A stretch of 64,000 nucleotides of DNA from Planctomycetota bacterium (GTDB lineage Bacteria > Planctomycetota > GCA-002687715 > CAIWVZ01). The stretch is from NCBI GenBank assembly GCA_044222185.1, contig JBGANV010000008.1, positions 128,001 to 192,000 on the forward strand, written 5' to 3'. Every line of letters begins with the position of its first letter. The first letter of the stretch is position 1. The position numbers were made by a program, and so were the translations under genes. The notes beneath the pieces were generated by a model that worked only from the letters and a program-made list of their open reading frames with translations, did not search any database and was not told the origin of the DNA. Of the stretch, positions 1-9,623 are shown piece by piece.

Positions 1-1935
1 CAGGTCGACGAGCTGGGCGAACTTTTCATCGCGGAACGTGAAGCTCACGGATCCGCCCACGCCCTGGTTGACGAACTCGACGGTGCCATCCAGGCGCGCG
101 TCGCCGAGCGCGGCCACTGCATCGCGCCCGAACGATTTCGAACGTTTCCGCAGGATCTCGTCGATCGAGGGCATCGGACGGGACTCCGGTGCCGCCGTCT
201 TCTTGACGACGTACGTCTTCCCGGCCTGGACGAAATCGATCGCGTCGACCTGCCCGGCGGCGTCCTTCCGGAACGTGAGCGACATCCCGCCCGTGAGCTC
301 GTCGATCCAGCGCCCCTGGTCGTCGGGCCACTTGAGGACGAAGAACATCTGCCGTGGGACATCGAAGCCCAACCGGCCGTCACGAACCTCGACCTTCCAC
401 GTCTCTTTGCGCGGCTCGAACAGGTACGTGCCCTCGAGCGCGCGAAGTTCGGACATGCTCAGCGGCGGAGGCGGCTGGGGCGGCTGCGGCACACCTTGCT
501 TCGGCATGCGGAACGTCGCGCCGCCCTGATGAAGGCGCATGGCGATGACGCGTCCGCCAGCCTCGGGCCGCGGGTCGCGCTCGAACTCGAGCTTGATCGT
601 GTTCGTGATCTTGAAGAACCAGAACCCCGCCTGGTCCGGCCACCTCAACTCGTAGACCGTCTGGCCAGGGACGTCCAGGTGGAGGTGCCCGTCCTTCACG
701 AGCACCTTGCAGTCCATCTTCATCTCCTTGGATGGATAGGTGCCCACCATCTCCTGGAGCTTGGACGCGGGCAGGACACCGACGCCGGCGTCCTTCGGCG
801 GGAACAAGGCGTCCCACACCATGGGCGCGACCGTCGCCTGGAGCATCGCGTGCTCCGCGTTCGTCAACAGCACGACGCCGGCATGACGATCGGGGAGCAT
901 GGCGACCTCGGCCGAGAACCCGTCGATGTTGCCGCCGTGCTCGACGTACCGCTGTCCACCCCAGTCGCGAATCATCCAGCCGAGCCCGTAGCCGGCGCCG
1001 CCGCCAGGCATGTCGATCTGGGTCTTCCACGTCTCCTCGATCCGCGCGGCGCTGACCAGCTTCTTCCCGCCGAGGGTCCCGCGTCCCAGCTGGAACCGCA
1101 GCCACTGCGCCATGTCGAGCGCACTGGCATTGATCGCGCCCGCCGGTGCGATGGCACTGAGATCCCTCATGGGCCGGACACGCTGGATCTTCTTGTCCTC
1201 GATCCAGGCGTATCCCGTGGCGTGATCCTTGGCCGCCAGCATGTCCCGGATCGAGGTGTTCGCCGTCGTCATCCCGAGGGGAACGAACAGGCGCTCCTTC
1301 ATCAGCGTGTGCCAGTCGGAGCCGCCGATCGTCGCGGCCGCAAGACCTGCCGCGAGGAACATCGGGTTGTTGTAGTTCCACGCCTTGCGGAACTCGCCGA
1401 CGGCCTCCGCGCGCGCCACCGCCGCCAGGACGTCATCGGCGGTCGCCTTGCCCCCGTACCAACAGAGGTCCGTCCGCATGAGACCGCACCGATGGCAGAG
1501 GAGGTCGCGAACGGTGATCTCCTCGTTCGCCTTCGGGTCCTTCAACCGAAGGGACGGGACGAAGTTCCTCGCGCGCTCATCCCAGCCCGCAAGCCTGCCG
1601 TCGTCGATCTGCATGGCGAGCAAGGTGCTCGTGAATGCCTTGCTGGACGACCCGATGGCGAAGAGCGTGTTCTCGGTCACCGGCGTCTGGGCGTCGACGT
1701 TCCGAAGGCCGAACCCCCGGGCCAGCACCACGGCGTCGTCCACGACGATCGCGACGGCCATTCCGGCGACGTGCCCCTCGATCCGCGCGGCTTCGAGTTT
1801 CCGCTCGAGGTCGGCGAGCCGTTCGTCACGACTCTCGGGGCGCGACTCGGGCGCCGGCGGCGCGGCCGGCTGCTGAGCCAACGACGGTACGACGACGCAC
1901 AGCAGCCAGAACGACGCGAGAAGCTGTGATTGCAT
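1..1935 (-). CDS. Secreted beta-lactamase-family serine hydrolase; 3' end runs off the window
   Basis: Absent from the ORF track because there is no stop in the window. Manual translation from ATG 1935 gives signal peptide MQSQLLASFWLLCVVVPSLAQ, SxxK (FAIGSSSKAF), LLCHRCGL, YxN (WNYNN), and HGGNIDGF. Confidence 0.9.
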   Translation of the reverse strand, partial: MQSQLLASFWLLCVVVPSLAQQPAAPPAPESRPESRDERLADLERKLEAARIEGHVAGMAVAIVVDDAVVLARGFGLRNVDAQTPVTENTLFAIGSSSKAFTSTLLAMQIDDGRLAGWDERARNFVPSLRLKDPKANEEITVRDLLCHRCGLMRTDLCWYGGKATADDVLAAVARAEAVGEFRKAWNYNNPMFLAAGLAAATIGGSDWHTLMKERLFVPLGMTTANTSIRDMLAAKDHATGYAWIEDKKIQRVRPMRDLSAIAPAGAINASALDMAQWLRFQLGRGTLGGKKLVSAARIEETWKTQIDMPGGGAGYGLGWMIRDWGGQRYVEHGGNIDGFSAEVAMLPDRHAGVVLLTNAEHAMLQATVAPMVWDALFPPKDAGVGVLPASKLQEMVGTYPSKEMKMDCKVLVKDGHLHLDVPGQTVYELRWPDQAGFWFFKITNTIKLEFERDPRPEAGGRVIAMRLHQGGATFRMPKQGVPQPPQPPPPLSMSELRALEGTYLFEPRKETWKVEVRDGRLGFDVPRQMFFVLKWPDDQGRWIDELTGGMSLTFRKDAAGQVDAIDFVQAGKTYVVKKTAAPESRPMPSIDEILRKRSKSFGRDAVAALGDARLDGTVEFVNQGVGGSVSFTFRDEKFAQLVDL

Positions 1936-2052
1936 GTTTGATCCTTCGATCGAACGGCCGGAGTTTCATCTTCGGGCGGCGCGTCGGCCTCGGCGCACAC
2001 GAAGACCCTGCCGGCACTGGTTGGTGGCGCGATCTGCGATTTCCTTCGGTGA

Positions 2053-2070
2053 TCCGGCCAATCGGCCGGA
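2053..2070. terminator. Short hairpin downstream of the radical SAM gene
   Basis: TCCGGCC-AATC-GGCCGGA, a 7-bp perfect stem just past the stop at 2084; no U-tract. Confidence 0.3.
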
Positions 2071-2083
2071 GGAGCCCCGCCGC

Positions 2084-3148
2084 TCACGCTCTCGGCGAGA
2101 GGTCGGAGGCGAGGCGGATCGCCAGTGCACGCTCCGCCGCTCGCGCTCCACCCGGATCGGTGTAGCTGTTGTATCCGCTGCCGAGCGGATACGAACGCTG
2201 GATGTTGTCCCACAACTCGTGAGCAATCTCCCCGAGGTGTGGACTCCCGATGTAGTACCGGGGCGACGAGATCTCCGAGTCTGCGATGTTCAGATGCCAC
2301 GCGAGGTAGTCGACACCGATCTCCTTCGCCATGCGTCTTGCGAGATCCATTTCCTCGGGCGAGTCGTTCCACTTGAAGAGGATGTATCGCCACGCGGTCA
2401 GCGGACGCGTCCGGCCCTGGGCGCGGCGCATCCGCAGGATCGCGCGCAGGCTTTCGATCACGTGATCGAAATCGCCGCCGACGCGGTACTTGGCATAACT
2501 CGTGGGCGTCGCACCGTCGATCGAGAAGATCACGCCGTCGATGCCGCAATCCAGCAGCTCCTGGCGCTCCTTCTCCGTCCGGAAGTAGTGCCCGTTCGTG
2601 CTCGTGAGGATGAAAACGCCCGGGTTGTGTTCCTTCGCGTAGCGGAGCATGCGGCCCCATTGCTTGTGCATGAAGTTCTCACCGCCCAGGTGGAATTCCA
2701 TGTACTCGAGCGTGGGGGATAGCCCGTCGATGATCTTGCAGTACGAGTCCCAATCGAGGACGAGCCGACCATCCCGATTCCCTTCGATCGCCTCGCGATC
2801 GCAACCGGGGCATTTGAGGTTGCAGGCCGCGACCGACTCGATGTAGAGCGCGCGCGGCCTGGGAAGTCCCCGCAAACTCTCCGTGTCCGCCGGTGGCTGG
2901 GCGATCCGATTTGGGCAGCCGCGACAAATGGGGACGTCGTCGATGTCGTTGAGGATCGCACCCCGCAGCCCGGCGTAGGCATCGCCGTTCCAGATCTGCT
3001 CGACGCTCTGATCCCGGATGTTGCCCAGGGGGTTGGTGCGTGCGGCGTCGATGCATGCGCAGACGGCCGTGCCGTCCGAGAGGAACGTCATGGCCTGCCA
3101 CGGGTACGCACAGTAGCGGTTCAGTTTGGGGTCGACGCGAGTATCCAT
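2084..3148 (-). CDS. Radical SAM protein with N-terminal SPASM/twitch-like domain
   Basis: CNLKCPGC (CxxxCxxC), GGE and STNG motifs. N-terminus CAYPW..DGTAVCAC..LGNI..IWNG..CRGC. Confidence 0.85.
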   Translation of the reverse strand: MDTRVDPKLNRYCAYPWQAMTFLSDGTAVCACIDAARTNPLGNIRDQSVEQIWNGDAYAGLRGAILNDIDDVPICRGCPNRIAQPPADTESLRGLPRPRALYIESVAACNLKCPGCDREAIEGNRDGRLVLDWDSYCKIIDGLSPTLEYMEFHLGGENFMHKQWGRMLRYAKEHNPGVFILTSTNGHYFRTEKERQELLDCGIDGVIFSIDGATPTSYAKYRVGGDFDHVIESLRAILRMRRAQGRTRPLTAWRYILFKWNDSPEEMDLARRMAKEIGVDYLAWHLNIADSEISSPRYYIGSPHLGEIAHELWDNIQRSYPLGSGYNSYTDPGGARAAERALAIRLASDLSPRA

Positions 3149-3241
3149 GAGTCCGTCCCTGCCGAAGTCGCAACCGCCAGCCTACGCGGCACGTCGCGGC
3201 GGTCAACCGCGCGCCGCTCAAAGCCTGTAAAGTCATCGGCC

Positions 3242-4282
3242 ATGCCAACACCCATGACTCAGACTTCGAACGCCGTGCCCTCGCCCGAGCGAATCATGCA
3301 GCTCGCCTGGGGCTTCGGTCCGACGCACGTCCTGTCGACCGCATTGGAGCTGGACGTGTTCACGCTCGTCGCGTCCGGGCGTGCGAGCCTCTCCGAGATC
3401 GCGGCGGCCAACGGCGCATCCGCACGCGGTCTCCGCAACTTGCTGAATGCTCTCGTGGGCTTCGGACTCCTGACCCGCAGCGGTGACGGAGATGCAGCAC
3501 GCTTCGCCAATTCGCCTGACGCCGAAGCGTTCCTCGTGAAGGGCCGCCCCGCCTATCGCGGCGACTTCATCACGTTCCACTCGGAGCTTCACCTGAGACA
3601 CTGGTCCAGGTTGACCGAGTCGGTCCGGTCGGGAAAGCCCGTCCTCGCCGTGGACGATCCCGCCCAGGGGCTCCCGTTCTGGGAGAAACTCGTCGGAGGG
3701 TTGTTCGGCACGAACTACCCGGCGGCTCGCGCGGTCGGCGAGGAGCTCCGGCGGGTGCACGGGGACGGTCCTCTGCGCGTACTCGACGTCGCCGCCGGTT
3801 CGGGCGTGTGGGGCATCGGCGTCGCGCACGTGGCTCCGAACGCACGCGTGACCGCGTTCGACCTGGCCGGCACGCTCGAGCTCACACGCCCCATCGCTGC
3901 GAGGGAACAGGTCCAGGATCGCGTCGAGCTGATGCCCGGAGACATCCGCCAGGATGATTTCGGCTCGGGGTACGACGCCGTGATCCTGGGCCACATCTGT
4001 CACTCGGAAGGCGCCGCCCAGACACGGGCACTCCTGGCAAAGTGTGCACGCGCCATTCGGCCCGGCGGAACGCTCGCGATCGCCGAGTTCCTCGTCGACG
4101 ACGATCGCCGCGGGACGCCTCAGGGGTTGCTCTTCGCGCTGAACATGCTCCTGCTCACGACGGACGGTGATACGTTCAGCCTCGCCGAATTCCGGCAGTG
4201 GCTCGCGCAGGCGGGGTTCCGCGACGTTCGCACGCTTGCAGCGCCGGCCCCGTCGCCCATCATCCTGGCCACACGAAACTGA
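3242..4282 (+). CDS. SAM-dependent O-methyltransferase (dimerisation + Methyltransf_2 domains)
   Basis: N-terminal ALELDVFTLV wHTH-like dimerisation region, SAM motif LDVAAGSG, GHICH, and RPGG. Confidence 0.88.
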   Translation: MPTPMTQTSNAVPSPERIMQLAWGFGPTHVLSTALELDVFTLVASGRASLSEIAAANGASARGLRNLLNALVGFGLLTRSGDGDAARFANSPDAEAFLVKGRPAYRGDFITFHSELHLRHWSRLTESVRSGKPVLAVDDPAQGLPFWEKLVGGLFGTNYPAARAVGEELRRVHGDGPLRVLDVAAGSGVWGIGVAHVAPNARVTAFDLAGTLELTRPIAAREQVQDRVELMPGDIRQDDFGSGYDAVILGHICHSEGAAQTRALLAKCARAIRPGGTLAIAEFLVDDDRRGTPQGLLFALNMLLLTTDGDTFSLAEFRQWLAQAGFRDVRTLAAPAPSPIILATRN

Positions 4283-4305
4283 ACATGGATTGGAGGAGAA
4301 CCCGA

Positions 4306-6186
4306 ATGACGCTCCGGTCGCTGTCCATCCGGCTCGCGTGCATGCTGGCGCTTGCGGCCATCGCCGTCGCACAGTCGATGAACCCCCAGATCTTCGACGT
4401 GAAGGCGCACTACACGAAACAGGAGCACAGCATCGCCATGCGGGACGGCGTGAAGCTGTTCACCTCGATCTACGCTCCGAGGGACACGTCGAAGCCCTAC
4501 CCCATCATGCTCAACCGCACGCCGTACGGGGTCGGGCCCTATGGAGCGGACGCCTATCGCACGAGCGTCGGCCCGTCGAACGAGATGGCCGCGGACGGAT
4601 ACATCTTCGTGTACCAGGACGTGCGCGGGAAGTTCATGTCCGAGGGCACGTTCGCCATGATGCGTCCCTTCATCGAGGACAAGAAGACTCCGCAGGACGT
4701 CGACGAGAACAGCGACACGTTCGACACGATCGAGTGGCTGCTCAAGAACGTCCCGAACGACAACGGACGCGTCGGCATGTGGGGGATCTCCTACCCGGGG
4801 TTCTACACCTCCATGGGCGTGATCGATTCACACCCCGCGCTGAAGGCGGCCTCACCCCAGGCGCCGATCGCCGACATGTTCACGGGGGACGATTTCCACC
4901 ACCACGGCGCGTTCTTCCTCGCGCACGCGTTCAGGTTTCTCGCGACGAACACACGAGCGCGCACGGGCCCGACGACGCAGCCGTCGCCGCCGCTCCGCTA
5001 CCCGACGCCTGACGGCTACCGCTTCTTCCTCGAACTCGGCGCCCTCTCGAACGTCAACCGCCTGTACTTCCACGGCGAGAATCCCGTATGGAACGACTAC
5101 ATGGCCCACCCGGACTATGACGGGTATTGGAAGGCCCAGAACATCCTCCCACACCTCCACGGCGTGAAGGCCGCGGTGATGACGGTGGGAGGGTGGTTCG
5201 ATTCGGAGGACCTCCACGGTCCGATGAAGACGTATCGAACGATCGAGAAGAACAGCCCGGGGACGACGAACGTCCTCGTGGCTGGGCCCTGGTTCCACGG
5301 CGGATGGGCGCGATCCGACGGCGATCAGCTGGGCGTCGTGCCCTTCGGCTCGAAGACGTCGCTCCACTACCGGGCCGAGATCGAGCTGCGCTTCTTCCGC
5401 AAGCACCTCAAGGACTCGGCGGACCCCGACCTGCCCGAGGCGTCGGTGTTCGAGACCGGCAGCAACACCTGGCGCGCATTCGACCACTGGCCGCCCACCC
5501 ACGTGAAGCCGAAGTCCCTCTACTTCCGCGCCGACGGGGGCCTGTCGTTCGAGCCTCCCACGGAGGACGGCCCGGATGCCGCGGACACCTACATGAGCGA
5601 TCCGCGCCGACCCGTGCCATTCACGTCGGAGGTTCGCAACACGATGGGGCACGAGTTCATGATCGAGGACCAGCGATTCGCATGGATGCGGCCGGATGTC
5701 CTCTCCTACGAAACCCCTCCGCTCGAGAACGACGTGACGATCGTCGGCCCGCTCGTCGCCAACCTCCACGTGACGACGACTGGGACGGATTGTGATTGGG
5801 TCGTGAAGCTCATCGACGTCCTGCCGGGTGACGCACCGGACACCAGGCCGGACGCCGGGGCCCCACGCTTCGGGCATTTCCAGATGCTCGTCCGCGGCGA
5901 GGTCTTCCGCTCGCGATACCGCACGGGCTACGACAAGCCGACGGCCATGGTCCCGGGAGCGACGACGCCCATCTCCTTCGAGCTCCAGGACGTCTGCCAC
6001 GCGTTCAAGAAGGGCCACCGGATCATGGTGCAGGTGCAGAGCTCCTGGTTCCCGCTCGTCGACTGCAATCCGCAAACGTTCGTGAACGTCTACGATGCGA
6101 AGCCGTCCGACTTCCGCGCGGCAACCCAGCGAGTCATCCGTTCGAGCCGCATGCCGTCCTCGCTCGAAGTGACGGTGTTGGAGTAA
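4306..6186 (+). CDS. CocE/NonD family hydrolase (amino-acid ester hydrolase / glutaryl-7-ACA acylase-like), secreted
   Basis: GGAGG RBS before ATG 4306, signal peptide, MRDGVKL, RTPY, QDVRG, nucleophile GISYPG, GGWFDSED, GPWFHGGW. Confidence 0.92.
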   Translation: MTLRSLSIRLACMLALAAIAVAQSMNPQIFDVKAHYTKQEHSIAMRDGVKLFTSIYAPRDTSKPYPIMLNRTPYGVGPYGADAYRTSVGPSNEMAADGYIFVYQDVRGKFMSEGTFAMMRPFIEDKKTPQDVDENSDTFDTIEWLLKNVPNDNGRVGMWGISYPGFYTSMGVIDSHPALKAASPQAPIADMFTGDDFHHHGAFFLAHAFRFLATNTRARTGPTTQPSPPLRYPTPDGYRFFLELGALSNVNRLYFHGENPVWNDYMAHPDYDGYWKAQNILPHLHGVKAAVMTVGGWFDSEDLHGPMKTYRTIEKNSPGTTNVLVAGPWFHGGWARSDGDQLGVVPFGSKTSLHYRAEIELRFFRKHLKDSADPDLPEASVFETGSNTWRAFDHWPPTHVKPKSLYFRADGGLSFEPPTEDGPDAADTYMSDPRRPVPFTSEVRNTMGHEFMIEDQRFAWMRPDVLSYETPPLENDVTIVGPLVANLHVTTTGTDCDWVVKLIDVLPGDAPDTRPDAGAPRFGHFQMLVRGEVFRSRYRTGYDKPTAMVPGATTPISFELQDVCHAFKKGHRIMVQVQSSWFPLVDCNPQTFVNVYDAKPSDFRAATQRVIRSSRMPSSLEVTVLE

Positions 6187-6224
6187 GTCGGGCTTGAAGC
6201 CGCACCGCCGCGGCCAACGGCGAA

Positions 6225-6252
6225 CTGGCTCCGCGCACGGGCGCGGAGCCAG
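6225..6252. terminator. Hairpin between convergent genes (possible bidirectional terminator)
   Basis: CTGGCTCCGCGC-ACGG-GCGCGGAGCCAG, a 12-bp perfect stem between stops at 6186 and 6285. Confidence 0.55.
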
Positions 6253-6284
6253 GACGGGACGTCACTCGTCTCGATGAAGAAGTC

Positions 6285-7931
6285 CTACTTCCTCTCGACC
6301 ACGGCCTTCGCGCCGAACACCTTCGGGTAGCGGACGTACACCTCGTAGCAGAGGGTCATGAGCGCGGTCGAATACACGCGGCCACCCTCATCCGACCACG
6401 GGTCGATCGGGTCGTAGCTGCCCGCGGCGCAGCCGGCCTTCACCTGGTGCTCGATCACGATCGACTCGAGGTTCTTGTTCCACCGCGCCCAGTTGTCGCC
6501 GCCGAGCTGATACATGGCGAGCGTGCCGTAGTACCAGTAGTACATGTCGATGGAGCCCGACGCCTCGTCCCACACGGGCAGCTTCTTCGAGAGCAGCGCG
6601 GCTCCGGCCTTCACCATGGGGTTCTGGTCGGCCTTGCCCGTGAAGATCCTCGAGCAGAGTCCCACGGCCGTGAGCGATTCCGACTGCGCCGCCGGCCACT
6701 TCGCCGTCCCGCCTTCCGGGCGAACGGGGAGCTCGCCCTTCTTCGTGTAGCCGGTGCGGCCGGTGTCTTCGTCCGTCATCGAATCGATGAAGGCGAGGCC
6801 GTCCAGGATCGTGCGTTCGTTGATGGTGAGGCCGGCATCCTTCGCGGCCTTCAGCGCCATGATCATCCACCCCGTGACGGACGCGTCGTTGTCTCCTGGC
6901 TTCTCGCCGTAGCGCCAAGCCTTGTACGGGTTCTGGCACGCGGCGATGTAGTCGGCCCCGCGCTGGGCCGAGCGACGCCAGATCGGGTTCTTCGTGAAGG
7001 ACGCCGCTTCGCACATGGCGATGGTGGCGCAGGCGTGCGAGTAGGTGTATCGCGGATCGCCGCGCGGCCCGAAGCAGCCCTGGGCATCCTGGCTGTCCCG
7101 CAGCCACTTCAGTCCGCGCCGCACGGCCAGATCGTTGAGCGATTCCGTGCTGCCGTCGTAGCCGGCGCCAAGCAGCGCCAACAGCGCGAGGCCCGTCACG
7201 CCCGAATCGAACGTCGCCTGGCCGCGACCGGTGCATGCCGGTCCGCCCTTGCCGTCACAGCATGCGGTGAAACCGTCGCAGTCCCACGATCCATCCGGGG
7301 ACTGGTGGCGGGCGAGCCATCCCAAGCCGGCGTCGATGCGCGGCGTGCGCGGGTCGCCCTTCTGCCGGAGGTAGAAGTCGCGACGGATGTTCCCGGCGAA
7401 CGGACGCCCCTTGGGAGCGCCGCCCCCGGCGTGCCCGCCGTTGCTCCCGAGGCCGATGGCCGTCGCGCGTCCCCATCCGCCGCGGCTCATGCTGAAGTCC
7501 TCGTTGTGGTTGTCCTCGTCACCCTCGGTCACGCCGAACTTCCCGGCCTCGTTCGCATGCTCGCGGATGCGGTCGTCGGTGTTGTAGAAGAAGGCATCGG
7601 GATCCGCCGAGGCGAGCGCAGCATCCGAGACTTCCGGGATCGCCGAGCGCTCGATCTCCTTGGGGGGCTCCGCCAGGTTCTCCTCGATCTTCGGGGCGTC
7701 GACCTCGCTGATGTGGCCGATGGTCGGTGCGTCGCGCTCTTCGCGCTTCGCATCCTTGTGTAAATAGACCATGCCGAGGATCGCCGCGAGGATCGCGTGC
7801 ACGGCGAGCGCCGTGACGAGGAACGGCGCGCGCTGGGCGGCCGTCTTCACCCTCTCTTCCGCCGTCAGGTGCGGTCGCACCAGGATCTCGCTCAACGAGT
7901 GATGATTCGCGCTGCCGTTGACCGTGCTCAT
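6285..7931 (-). CDS. Membrane-anchored prenyltransferase/squalene-cyclase-repeat (alpha/alpha toroid) protein
   Basis: GAGGAG RBS before ATG 7931, one N-terminal TM helix, QW-like repeats (WLARHQSPDGSW, WLRDSQDAQGCF), DASVTGW, YYWYYGT, GGRVYSTA. Confidence 0.82.
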   Translation of the reverse strand: MSTVNGSANHHSLSEILVRPHLTAEERVKTAAQRAPFLVTALAVHAILAAILGMVYLHKDAKREERDAPTIGHISEVDAPKIEENLAEPPKEIERSAIPEVSDAALASADPDAFFYNTDDRIREHANEAGKFGVTEGDEDNHNEDFSMSRGGWGRATAIGLGSNGGHAGGGAPKGRPFAGNIRRDFYLRQKGDPRTPRIDAGLGWLARHQSPDGSWDCDGFTACCDGKGGPACTGRGQATFDSGVTGLALLALLGAGYDGSTESLNDLAVRRGLKWLRDSQDAQGCFGPRGDPRYTYSHACATIAMCEAASFTKNPIWRRSAQRGADYIAACQNPYKAWRYGEKPGDNDASVTGWMIMALKAAKDAGLTINERTILDGLAFIDSMTDEDTGRTGYTKKGELPVRPEGGTAKWPAAQSESLTAVGLCSRIFTGKADQNPMVKAGAALLSKKLPVWDEASGSIDMYYWYYGTLAMYQLGGDNWARWNKNLESIVIEHQVKAGCAAGSYDPIDPWSDEGGRVYSTALMTLCYEVYVRYPKVFGAKAVVERK

Positions 7932-8111
7932 GGAAGTCCTCCTCGGGTTCTTCCGGGGCGAATCGGCAATCGGGCGGGGTTGACGGCTCAGGTTCGCTCC
8001 ATCGGCGATCACGGGCGGCCGGCGGGTTTCTTAGAAGTTCGTACTCGGCCCGCCGCGGCTGGCAGCGGAACCGCCCCACTGTTAGCCCTTTGCGCCCCAT
8101 CGGAGATAACC

Positions 8112-9623
8112 GTGAAGGTTTCGGATCTGCTGCGTGCGTTGCCGGGAGCGCGGTTCGCCGGATCGGGAGATCCGGATGTCGTCGCAGTCACACACGATTC
8201 TCGTCGCGTCACGAAGGGAGCGCTGTTTTGTGCGCTGTCGGGCGAACGTGCCGATGGCCGCACGTTCATCGGCGACGCAATCGCGCGCGGTGCCGTGGCC
8301 ATCCTCACGGACACGGAGACTCGCCTCACCCCGAACGCTCCTCAGATCCTCGTGACGAACCCACGCGCGGCCATGGCCCACGTTGCCGCCTTGGTGAACG
8401 GGAATCCATCCGCCCGTCTGTGCCTCGTCGGCGTCACTGGAACGAGCGGCAAGACGACGACGGCCACGCTGATCGACAACGTCCTCGGCGTCGTCCACCC
8501 CGTTCGTGGCCTGTTCGGTACGCTCGTGTATCGGTTCGGAACGGATGCGAACGCAGCGATCGACGCCACGCGTACGACGCCCGAGTCCACCGAGCTCCAA
8601 CCCATGCTCGCGGCCCTGCTCCGATCCGGTGGAACGGCCGCCGTGATGGAGTGCTCGTCGCATGCGTTGGCGCTCGAGCGCCTCGTCGGATGCAACTTCG
8701 ACGTCGCCGTATTCACAAACCTCTCGCACGAGCACCTGGATTTCCACCACGATCTGGACGCCTACTTCGAGGCGAAGGCGCGGCTGTTCGACATGCTGAA
8801 ACCCACGGGCACGGCCGTCGTCAACGTGGACGACGCGTTTGGCCGTCGGCTCGCCGATCGCATCCCGGCGGCACGCCGATCGACCTTCAGCCTCGATCCG
8901 CGATCGGGAGCCGACGTGGTCGCCGCGGCACACACGTCCATAGACCACACCCGACTGGACGTGGATATCCCCCGCCGCGGCACGCGATTCACCATCCGGT
9001 CGCCGCTCCTCGGCCGCCCCAACGCCGAGAACCTCCTGGCGGCGACGGCCACGGGGTTGGCGCTGGGCATTCCGCCTGCCCGGCTCACGACGGCCCTCGC
9101 TGCCGTCGCGACCGTCCCGGGCCGGCTCGAGCGGATCGAGAACGACGCGGGCCTCACGGTCCTCGTGGACTACGCGCACAAGCCGGCAGCGCTCGAAGGC
9201 GTGCTCCGGACGACGCGCGCCCTCGCCACGTCGACCGGGGGCCACCTCATCACGGTCTTCGGATGCGGCGGCGACCGCGATCGGGCCAAGCGTCCGGAGA
9301 TGGGGCGGATCGCCGCGCGCCTCTCGGACGAGGTCGTCGTCACCTCCGACAACCCGCGCACCGAGGACCCCCACGCGATCCTCGACGAGATCTGCGCTGG
9401 CATCACCGACCGCGCCGTGCTGCGCATCGTCGACCGCCGCGCCGCCATCGGCACTGCGATCCGCATGGCGAGGGCAGGCGACGTGGTCCTGCTCGCGGGA
9501 AAGGGCCACGAGACCTACCAGGAATTCGCCGACCGGAAGGAGCCGTTCGACGACCGGATCGTCGCGAAGGAAGTCCTGGACTCGCTCTCGCAGGGACGAG
9601 CCGCGGAGGTGACCGCGTCGTGA
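8112..9623 (+). CDS. murE: UDP-MurNAc-L-Ala-D-Glu:meso-DAP ligase
   Basis: GTG start after GGAG; HDSR, GTSGKTTT, TTPES, MECSSHAL, VDYAHKP, FGCGGDRD, SDNPRTED (DNPR indicates mDAP specificity), AGKGHETYQ. Confidence 0.95.
   Translation: MKVSDLLRALPGARFAGSGDPDVVAVTHDSRRVTKGALFCALSGERADGRTFIGDAIARGAVAILTDTETRLTPNAPQILVTNPRAAMAHVAALVNGNPSARLCLVGVTGTSGKTTTATLIDNVLGVVHPVRGLFGTLVYRFGTDANAAIDATRTTPESTELQPMLAALLRSGGTAAVMECSSHALALERLVGCNFDVAVFTNLSHEHLDFHHDLDAYFEAKARLFDMLKPTGTAVVNVDDAFGRRLADRIPAARRSTFSLDPRSGADVVAAAHTSIDHTRLDVDIPRRGTRFTIRSPLLGRPNAENLLAATATGLALGIPPARLTTALAAVATVPGRLERIENDAGLTVLVDYAHKPAALEGVLRTTRALATSTGGHLITVFGCGGDRDRAKRPEMGRIAARLSDEVVVTSDNPRTEDPHAILDEICAGITDRAVLRIVDRRAAIGTAIRMARAGDVVLLAGKGHETYQEFADRKEPFDDRIVAKEVLDSLSQGRAAEVTAS

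Noticed and set aside
8090-9619. Apparent 987-aa MurD with a long N-terminal extension
   Set aside because: The extension overlaps murE in another frame; the real start is GTG 9620. The same applies to the inflated ORFs for modB, modC and the M14 gene.
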